14,030 nucleotides of DNA from a virus (lineage: Duplodnaviria > Heunggongvirae > Uroviricota > Caudoviricetes): IMG/VR virus record IMGVR_UViG_2565956629_000003; one strand, written 5' to 3'. Of this stretch, positions 7,724 to 14,030 are shown piece after piece. How positions within the stretch are numbered: position 1 is the stretch's first letter; each line of letters starts with the position of its first letter. The notes below the pieces were generated by a model. That model did not search any database, had not been told where the DNA came from, and worked only from the letters and a program-made list of their open reading frames with translations. The position numbers were made by a program, and so were the translations under genes.

Positions 7724-7991
7724 TCCCTTTTCCCGGCTGGCAGCGCGTATGGATGCGATCACGGTCAGAAAGATGGGAAAGACAGCCTCGATTAATGATG
7801 TCGATATGACTGTGATCCCGGGAGAAACACTGGCAGAGCTGAATGCTCTGTCCGGACCTGCGGTCTCTCTGGTGGTGTTTTCTTCGGGATACCGCCCACG
7901 GCGCGGGGATCGCGTTGTTTATGACGGACAACAATGGACGGTCACACGGCATGAACGCTTTAACGGTAAGCCAATGATCTTTATTGAGTAA
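7716..7991 (+). CDS. head-tail joining protein (lambda gpFII-like)
   Basis: ATG at 7716 overlaps the upstream stop. 91 aa with ...RPRRGDRVVYDGQQWTV..., reminiscent of lambda FII (...RRGDTLTIGEENFWVDRV...). Position immediately before the Z/U tail genes. Confidence 0.55.
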   Translation: MSDPFSRLAARMDAITVRKMGKTASINDVDMTVIPGETLAELNALSGPAVSLVVFSSGYRPRRGDRVVYDGQQWTVTRHERFNGKPMIFIE

Positions 7992-8002
7992 AGAGGTGTG
8001 GG

Positions 8003-8581
8003 ATGAAGGGGCTTGAGAATGCCATCCGCAATCTGAACAGCCTTGATACCCGTATGGTGCCACAGGCCAGCGCATGGGCGATAAACCGTGTGGCACAGAA
8101 AGCGGTCTCGGTTGCCACCCGGCAGGTTGCCGGGAATACCGTTGCGGGAGATAACCAGGTGAAAGGGATCCCCCTGAAACTGGTACGTCAGCGTGTCCGG
8201 GTGTTTAAAGCCAGTCCGTCAGGAAAAATGACGGCCAGGATCCGCGTTAACCGGGGCAATCTGCCCGCCATTAAGCTGGGGACAGCCCGGGTCAGACTGG
8301 CCCGGCGTGGTGGAAAACTGCAGTACCGTGGCAGTGTGCTGAAGGTGGGTAAATATCTTTTCCGGGATGCGTTTATTCAGCAACTGGCGAATGGTCGCTG
8401 GCATGTGATGCGGCGTATTGATGGCAAAAATCGTTACCCCATTGATGTGGTGAAAATCCCGCTGTCCGGACCGCTGACACAGGCATTTGAAGATGCCCGC
8501 GACCGCATCATTGCTGCGGAAATGCCGAAACAGCTGGGGTATGCACTGAAACAACAACTGAGGTTATGGCTGACCCGATGA
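8003..8581 (+). CDS. minor tail protein (lambda gpZ-like)
   Basis: 192-aa basic protein between the FII-like gene and the U-like gene. Size and synteny match lambda Z; no sequence motif confirmed. Confidence 0.7.
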   Translation: MKGLENAIRNLNSLDTRMVPQASAWAINRVAQKAVSVATRQVAGNTVAGDNQVKGIPLKLVRQRVRVFKASPSGKMTARIRVNRGNLPAIKLGTARVRLARRGGKLQYRGSVLKVGKYLFRDAFIQQLANGRWHVMRRIDGKNRYPIDVVKIPLSGPLTQAFEDARDRIIAAEMPKQLGYALKQQLRLWLTR

Positions 8582-8979
8582 ACCGACATACACAAATCCG
8601 CCAGGTCGTACTGGCACGCCTTCGGGAACAGTGTGGAGACAGCGCCACGTTTTTTGACGGGCTTCCGGCATTTGTTGATGCGCAGGAACTGCCTGCCGTG
8701 GTGGTGTGGCTGAGTGATGCTCAGTACACCGGAAAAATGACGGATGAAGATGACTGGCAGGCTGTTCTGCATATTGCTGTCTTCATCCGGGCACAGGCAC
8801 CGGATTCAGAGCTGGATATGTGGATGGAGAGCACCATTTTCCCGGCCCTGAATGATGTACCGGCACTTTCCGGACTCATCGACACCCTGATCCCACTCGG
8901 TTTTAACTATCAACGTGATAATGAGATGGCCACCTGGGCGATGACGGAAATCACGTACCAGATCACGTACACGAATTAA
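8578..8979 (+). CDS. tail terminator protein (lambda gpU-like)
   Basis: ATG at 8578 overlaps the Z stop (ATGA). Product MNRHTQIRQVVLARL...ATFFDG.P...PAV.V.L....YTG...D...WQA.LHI.VF..AQ.PDSELD.WMES.I.P...D.PALS.LI.....Y.ITY aligns with lambda U as recalled. Confidence 0.85.
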   Translation: MNRHTQIRQVVLARLREQCGDSATFFDGLPAFVDAQELPAVVVWLSDAQYTGKMTDEDDWQAVLHIAVFIRAQAPDSELDMWMESTIFPALNDVPALSGLIDTLIPLGFNYQRDNEMATWAMTEITYQITYTN

Positions 8980-8989
8980 GGAGGTGGCA

Positions 8990-9733
8990 ATGACCACACC
9001 AAATCCACTGGCAAAGACGAAAGGTGCGGGGACGACGTTCTGGATGTATACCGGCAACGGCGACGCATTTGCGAACCCTTTGTCGGACACTGACTGGCTG
9101 CGTCTTGCGATGGTGAAGGATCTGCAACCTGGCGAAATGACCGCTGATGCAGAAGATGATACTTATCTCGATGATGAAGATGCAGACTGGAAAACGACAA
9201 CCCAGGGGCAGAAATCAGTCGGTGATACTTCGGCGACGCTGGCCTGGCGTCCGGGTGACAGCGGGCAGAAAAAACTGGTTCAGTTGTTCGACTCCGGTGA
9301 AGTCTGCGCGTTTCGTATCAAATATCCCAACGGTACTGTTGATGTTTTCCGTGGCTGGCTGAGTTCACTGGGTAAAACCATTGCCTCAAAAGACGTGATG
9401 ACCCGCACTGTGAAAATCAGCGGTGTGGGGCGTCCGTATCTGGCAGAGGAAGGCACTGAAACAGTGAGCGTTACCGGGCTGACGGTGGCACCGGCATCTG
9501 CCAGTGTAAAAGTGGGAGCAACCACCACGCTGACCTTTACAGTAAAACCTGACGGAGCCAGTGACAAAGCGATCAGTGTGCATTCGTCAGATCCACAGAC
9601 TGCCACGGTGACCCTGAACGGGCTTGTAGCCACGGTGAAAGGCGTGAAGCAGGGCAGTGTCAGCATTGTGGGCATGACCGCTGACGGGAATTTTGTGGCT
9701 GTGGCTGCGGTGACTGTCAGCGCCGCAGGTTAA
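8990..9733 (+). CDS. major tail protein (lambda gpV-like) with C-terminal Ig-like domain
   Basis: ATG at 8990 with AAGGAGG at 8978-8984. Strong similarity to lambda V as recalled (PNP..KGAGTT.W.Y.G.GD..ANPLSD.DW.RLA.VKDL.PGE.TA...DD.YLDDEDADW). C-terminal Thr/Val-rich Ig-like segment. Confidence 0.95.
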   Translation: MTTPNPLAKTKGAGTTFWMYTGNGDAFANPLSDTDWLRLAMVKDLQPGEMTADAEDDTYLDDEDADWKTTTQGQKSVGDTSATLAWRPGDSGQKKLVQLFDSGEVCAFRIKYPNGTVDVFRGWLSSLGKTIASKDVMTRTVKISGVGRPYLAEEGTETVSVTGLTVAPASASVKVGATTTLTFTVKPDGASDKAISVHSSDPQTATVTLNGLVATVKGVKQGSVSIVGMTADGNFVAVAAVTVSAAG

Positions 9734-9753
9734 CAGGACGATACTCATCATTT

Positions 9754-9777
9754 GCCCCGGTTATCCGGGGCTTTTTT
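9754..9777 (+). terminator. rho-independent terminator downstream of the major tail gene
   Basis: gccccgg-ttat-ccggggc (7-bp GC-rich stem) followed by TTTTTT (9772-9777), 21 nt after the V stop. Confidence 0.6.
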
Positions 9778-9790
9778 GCAGGTGGAGAAC

Positions 9791-10180
9791 ATGATGTTTC
9801 TGAAACAGGGCACGTTTAATTATGAAAAACAGTCCGTGGTGCTCAGTGAGCTGTCCGGGCTGCAGAGAATTGAATATCTGGCGTTTGTTCAGCAGCGAAC
9901 GGCAAAGTTTGATGCCGGTGAGGGAGAACTGCCGGAGGCTGAACGACAGATTGCTTTTCTGCGGATGGGGATGGATATCAATGCCTGGCTGGTTTCCCGC
10001 TCACTGTGGAATGCGGATCAGTCTAAGGATGTAGAGACGCTTTGCGCATCCGTTATTACAACATGGTCGTATGATGCCCTGGGTGCGGGGGCGGAGATGG
10101 TTCTGTCGCTGAGCGGTATGGGGGCCATTGATAATGCCGGGGATGATGAGCATGAGGCGCTGACGCCGGAAAAGTCCTGA
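9791..10180 (+). CDS. tail assembly chaperone (lambda gpG-like)
   Basis: ATG at 9791; the ORF-track start at 9752 lies inside the terminator hairpin. Product MMFLKQGTFNYEKQSVVLSELSGLQRIEYLAFVQQR... matches lambda G (MFLKTESFEHNGVTVTLSELSALQRIEHLA...). Confidence 0.9.
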   Translation: MMFLKQGTFNYEKQSVVLSELSGLQRIEYLAFVQQRTAKFDAGEGELPEAERQIAFLRMGMDINAWLVSRSLWNADQSKDVETLCASVITTWSYDALGAGAEMVLSLSGMGAIDNAGDDEHEALTPEKS

Positions 10181-10518
10181 CGCGGGAAATGCAGTTTGTC
10201 ATGCGGCTTGCCCGGGAGTTCCGGCGGGCAGACTGGCGGCGGATGCTGTCGGAAATGTCGGCCACTGAGCTTGGTGAGTGGGGCGATTATTTCCGGATGC
10301 AGAGCTTCAGTGATGTGTGGATGGATGCGCAGTTTGCCTCGCTGAAGGCATTGATCGTGAGAATGGTGTCCGGCAGCAGTGATGCTGCGGTGGCTGATTT
10401 CAGCCTTTTACCGGAAGAGAACGGGATACCGGAGCGAACGGACGAAGAACTGATGCATCTTGGGGAAGGTATTTCCGGAGGTGTGCGTTATGGACCAGAT
10501 AGCCAACCTGGTCATTGA
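9791..10518 (+). CDS. tail assembly chaperone G-T fusion produced by -1 frameshift near 10168-10174
   Basis: The T-frame translation (...GKVLTREMQFVMRLAREFRRADWRRMLSEMSATE...GISGGVRYGPD...) matches the lambda gpT part of gpGT (VLTREMQFVMRLAREF...GIAGGVRYG) as recalled. T has no convincing independent start context. Confidence 0.7.
10168..10174 (+). promoter_or_regulatory. putative -1 programmed ribosomal frameshift site (GGAAAAG) for G-T fusion
   Basis: Located 4 nt before the G stop codon. The -1 frame is open from 10156 and continues into the T reading frame to 10518. Lambda uses GGGAAAG at the equivalent position. Confidence 0.55.
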
Positions 10519-13500
10519 TTTGGGGATTGATGCGGCAGAGTTTAAAAATGAAATCCCCCGTATCAAAAACCTTCTGAATGGTGCAGCCAGCGATGCAGAA
10601 CGGTCTTCTGCCCGTATGCAGCGTTTTATGGAGCGTCAGACTCAGGCCGCCCGGCAGACAACGCAGGCGGCGTCTTCGGCTGCAACAGCCGCATCCGTCC
10701 ATGCGCAGACGGTGGAGAAGAACGCACAGGCTCATGAACGCATGGCCCGCGAGGTGGAGAAAACCCGCCAGCGTATGGAGGCGCTGAGCCAGAAAATGCG
10801 CGAGGAACAGGCGCAGGCCATGGCTCTGGCGGAGGCTCAGGATAAAGCGGCTGCTGCGTTTTATCGTCAGATTGACAGTGTGAAACAGGCCAGTGCGGGT
10901 CTGCAGGAATTACAGCGTATTCAGCAGCAGATCCGACAGGCCAGAAACAGTGGCGGGATTGGTCAGCAGGATTATCTGGCGCTGATTTCTGAGGTTACGG
11001 CGAAAACCCGTGTTCTTACACAGGCTGAGGAAGAGGCTACCCGACAGAAAGTGGCGTTTATCCGTCAGCTTAAAGAGCAGGCAACCCGCCAGAATCTTTC
11101 TTCTTCTGAGTTGCTTCGTGCTAAGGCTGCCCAGCTGGGGGTAAGCAGTGCTGCAGAAGTGTATATCCGCAAAATGGAGCAGGCAGGAAAAGCCACGCAT
11201 TCGCTGGGGCTGAAAAGTGCAGCGGCCCGTCAGGAGATAGGCGTTCTGATAGGTGAACTGGCCCGCGGAAATTTAGGTGCGCTGAGGGGATCCGGAATAA
11301 CGCTGGCTAACCGTGCCGGGTGGATAGACACATTGATGTCACCGAAAGGCATGATGCTTGGCGGGGTTATTGGCGGTATTGCCGCGGCTGTCTATGGTCT
11401 GGGTAAAGCCTGGTATGACGGTCAGAAGGAGGGGGAAGAATTTAACCGCCAGCTGTCGCTGACGGGGCATTATGCCGGAGTCACTGCCGGGCAGCTGTGG
11501 ACGCTCAGTCGTGCTATTTCCGGGAATGGTATCACGCAACATGCTGCAGCCGGTGCGCTGGCTCAGGTGGTGGGGAGTGGTGCATTTCGTGGAAACGATA
11601 TCGGTATGGTGGCGAGAGCTGCCGCACAGATGGAGCGATCGGTTGGCCAGTCGGTCAGCGATACCATAAATCAGTTTAAGCGGCTGAAGGATGATCCTGT
11701 AAATGCCGCGAAGTCTCTGGACAATGAGCTGCATTTTCTTACTGCCACTCAGCTTGAGCAGATACGCGTCCTTGGAGAGCAGGGGCGGTCCAGTGATGCG
11801 GCACGGATAGCCATGTCTGCACTGGCAGAGGAAACCGGTCGGCGTACTGCGGATATTGATAATAACCTCAATGCGCTGGGCAGTACGCTGCAAACTTTGT
11901 CTGACTGGTGGAAGCAGTTCTGGGATGCGGCCATGAATATTGGTCGTGAAGATTCGCTGGATGCGCAGATTGCCACTTTGCAGGAGAAAGTGTCGCGGGC
12001 GAAAAGACTCCCCTGGACGGCATCATCTTCTCAGGTTGAATACGATCAGCAGCGTCTTAACGATCTTCAGGAGAAAAAACGCCAGAAGGATTTGCAGGAT
12101 GCAAAAGAGCAGGCAGAGCGGAATTATCAGGAGCAACAGAAACGCCGTAATGCTGAAAATGCTGCACTGAACCGGATGAATGAAACGGAAGCTGCACGAC
12201 ATCAGCGTGAAATTGCGCGTATTAATGCCATGCAGTACGCCGATCAGGCTGTCAGGGATGCGGCGATACAACGTGAAAATGAACGTTACGAGAAAGCCCT
12301 GGCATCCGGTAAGAAAAAAACACGCGAAACCCGTAATGATGAGGCCACCCGGTTATTGCTGCAGTACAGTCAGCAACAGGCACAGGTGGAAGGACAGATT
12401 GCTGCTGCAAGACAGTCAGCAGGCATTGCCACTGACAGGATGACAGAAGCGCATAAACAGCTTCTGGCTCTGCAGCAGCGCATCAGCGATCTGGACGGGA
12501 AAAAACTGACGGCAGATGAAAAGAGTGTGCTGGCCCGTAAAGATGAACTGATTCAGGCACTGACGCTGCTGGATGTAAAACAGCAGGAGCTTCAGAAACA
12601 GACGGCACTCAACGATCTGAAGAAAAAAACAATTCAGCTGACCAGTCAACTGGCTGAAGAAGAGCGCGCTCAGCGTCAGCAACATGACCTGGATATCGCC
12701 ACGGTTGGTATGGGTGATCAGCAGCGGCAGCGATATCAGGTACAACTGAGTCTTCGCCAGAAATACCAGCAACAGCTGGAGCAGTTGAGGCGGGATAGTG
12801 AGCAGAAAGGGACATATAACACGGATGACTACAGAAAGGCCGAGCAGGCGCTGACGGAGAGTCTGAACCGACAACTGAATGAGAATCGCCGTTACTGGCA
12901 ACAGCTTGAAATTGCTCAGGGTAATTGGAAAAACGGAGTCCTGCGTGCACTCCAGAATGTCACTGAGAATGCGGATAACACAGCCGGGACAGTGGAACAG
13001 TTGTTCACGTCTGCGTTCAGTAGCATGAGTGACTGGCTGGCGACATTCTGTACTACAGGCAAACTCAATTTCAAATCTTTTACTTCTTCTGTGCTGTCAG
13101 ATATGTCCAGAATCATGGCTCAGATAGCTTTAATGAAAGCGGTAAAAGGCATTGCTTCCGCGCTGCCTTTTGATTTTGTAGCCAATGCTGATGGCGGTGT
13201 TTATCAGTCGGCTGATTTGAGTCGCTACAGTGGCACGGTGGTTAACCGTCCGACGTTTTTTGCTTTTGCAAAAGGCGCGGGTGTGATGGGGGAAGCTGGA
13301 CCTGAAGCCATTCTGCCACTGCGTCGTGGTGCTGACGGTAAGCTGGGGGTTGTGGCGGATATTGGTGGTTCAGGTATGGCGATGTTTGCCCCGCAGTACA
13401 ACATCGAGATCAATAACGATGGCACGAACGGGCAGATAGGTCCTGCTGCCCTGAAGGTGGTTTATGACCTTGGGAAAAAAGCGGCAGCGGACTTTATGCA

Positions 13501-13546
13501 ACAGCAGGCCCGTGATGGTGGTCGGTTAAGTGGAGCATATCGGTAA
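10490..13546 (+). CDS. tail tape measure protein (lambda gpH-like)
   Basis: ATG at 10490 with GGAGG at 10477-10481; the ORF-track start at 10460 is TTG. 1018 aa. N-terminus MDQIANLVIDLGIDAAEF resembles lambda H (MAEPVGDLVVDLSLDAARF); C-terminus INNDGTNGQIGPAALKVVYDLGKKAA...RDGG is near-identical to the lambda H C-terminus. Long Gln/Glu/Arg-rich coiled-coil middle. Confidence 0.95.
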   Translation: MDQIANLVIDLGIDAAEFKNEIPRIKNLLNGAASDAERSSARMQRFMERQTQAARQTTQAASSAATAASVHAQTVEKNAQAHERMAREVEKTRQRMEALSQKMREEQAQAMALAEAQDKAAAAFYRQIDSVKQASAGLQELQRIQQQIRQARNSGGIGQQDYLALISEVTAKTRVLTQAEEEATRQKVAFIRQLKEQATRQNLSSSELLRAKAAQLGVSSAAEVYIRKMEQAGKATHSLGLKSAAARQEIGVLIGELARGNLGALRGSGITLANRAGWIDTLMSPKGMMLGGVIGGIAAAVYGLGKAWYDGQKEGEEFNRQLSLTGHYAGVTAGQLWTLSRAISGNGITQHAAAGALAQVVGSGAFRGNDIGMVARAAAQMERSVGQSVSDTINQFKRLKDDPVNAAKSLDNELHFLTATQLEQIRVLGEQGRSSDAARIAMSALAEETGRRTADIDNNLNALGSTLQTLSDWWKQFWDAAMNIGREDSLDAQIATLQEKVSRAKRLPWTASSSQVEYDQQRLNDLQEKKRQKDLQDAKEQAERNYQEQQKRRNAENAALNRMNETEAARHQREIARINAMQYADQAVRDAAIQRENERYEKALASGKKKTRETRNDEATRLLLQYSQQQAQVEGQIAAARQSAGIATDRMTEAHKQLLALQQRISDLDGKKLTADEKSVLARKDELIQALTLLDVKQQELQKQTALNDLKKKTIQLTSQLAEEERAQRQQHDLDIATVGMGDQQRQRYQVQLSLRQKYQQQLEQLRRDSEQKGTYNTDDYRKAEQALTESLNRQLNENRRYWQQLEIAQGNWKNGVLRALQNVTENADNTAGTVEQLFTSAFSSMSDWLATFCTTGKLNFKSFTSSVLSDMSRIMAQIALMKAVKGIASALPFDFVANADGGVYQSADLSRYSGTVVNRPTFFAFAKGAGVMGEAGPEAILPLRRGADGKLGVVADIGGSGMAMFAPQYNIEINNDGTNGQIGPAALKVVYDLGKKAAADFMQQQARDGGRLSGAYR

Positions 13547-13875
13547 TGGAGACGTTTCACTGGAAAGTGCGCCCGGATATGAATGTGGTATCAGAGCCGA
13601 AAGTGGTGACAGTGAAGCTGGGCGATGGTTATGAACAGCGTCGTGCGGCGGGACTGAATAACCAGTTGTCGACTTACAGCGTGACGATACGTGTTCGTAA
13701 ATGTGAACACCCATCTTTAAAAGCCTTTCTGGAACGGCACGGTGGCGTCCGCGCATTTCAGTGGACGCCACCTTATGACTGGAAGCCGATCAGGGTGGTT
13801 TGTCGTAAATGGTCGGCAAGCGTGGGGGCGTTGTGGGTAACCATAACGGCAGATTTTGAACAGGTCGTGGCATAG
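13546..13875 (+). CDS. minor tail protein (lambda gpM-like)
   Basis: ATG at 13546 overlaps the H stop (TAATG). METFHWKVRPDMNVVSEPKVVTVKLGDGYEQR... matches lambda M (MKTFRWKVKPGMDVASVPSVRKVRFGDGYSQR...). Confidence 0.9.
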   Translation: METFHWKVRPDMNVVSEPKVVTVKLGDGYEQRRAAGLNNQLSTYSVTIRVRKCEHPSLKAFLERHGGVRAFQWTPPYDWKPIRVVCRKWSASVGALWVTITADFEQVVA

Positions 13876-13884
13876 GAGGCTCTG

Positions 13885-14030
13885 ATGCAGGATATTCCAC
13901 AGGAAACACATCATGAGACGACACGCCTCACTCAGTCAGCCCAGGTGGTGCTCTGGGAAATCGATCTGACAGAGGTCGGTGGTGAACGTTATTTTTTCTG
14001 TAATGAGCAGAACGAAAAAGGTGAGCCGGT
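13885..14030 (+). CDS. minor tail protein (lambda gpL-like), 5' portion only (continues past the window end)
   Basis: ATG at 13885 with GAGG at 13876-13879. MQDIPQETHHETTRLTQSAQVVLWEIDLTEVGGERYFFCNEQNEKGEPV is near-identical to the lambda L N-terminus as recalled. Confidence 0.9.
   Translation, partial: MQDIPQETHHETTRLTQSAQVVLWEIDLTEVGGERYFFCNEQNEKGEP

Noticed and set aside
9752-9790. ORF-track starts at 9752 (G), 8984 (V, GTG), 8566 (U), 10460 (H, TTG), 7355, 3761 and 3615
   Set aside because: Each has a downstream ATG with a better Shine-Dalgarno spacing and/or that matches the N-terminus of the lambda homolog. The longer versions overlap upstream genes or the terminator.
11339-12901. Long minus-strand ORFs inside the tape measure gene (11339..11893, 12416..12901 and others)
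   Set aside because: They are antisense to a highly repetitive Gln/Glu/Ala-rich coiled-coil coding region (CAG/CTG-rich), which typically generates open Leu-rich shadow frames. No independent signals.
1-14030. Defence system, toxin-antitoxin, CRISPR array, integrase or IS element
   Set aside because: No direct-repeat arrays, no transposase- or integrase-like ORFs, and no unassigned multi-gene block. Every ORF over 100 aa on the + strand is accounted for by a conserved morphogenesis function.

Overview
This window is the late (morphogenesis) region of a lambda-like siphovirus prophage, all on the + strand, and I do not see a novel defence or accessory system in it. Order: 3' end of the spanin gene Rz with embedded Rz1 (1-255); a ~775 bp spacer holding one small orphan ORF and a lambda-like cos site (cosQ/cosN plus a putative cosB repeat array); terminase small and large subunits; gpW-like connector; portal; a single 652-aa ClpP-type protease/scaffold/major capsid fusion; a small putative head protein; an FII-like head-tail joining protein; then lambda-type tail genes Z, U, V, G, G-T (-1 frameshift), H (tape measure), M and the 5' end of L (truncated by the window edge). 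Genes are tightly packed with overlapping stop/start codons; the only gaps are the cos spacer and two short hairpin-containing intergenic regions. No tRNA, CRISPR, IS element or integrase is visible. The only sequence not explained by conserved structural genes is 243-840. All protein assignments rest on my reading of the translations, recalled similarity to phage lambda proteins and synteny; no database search was run.
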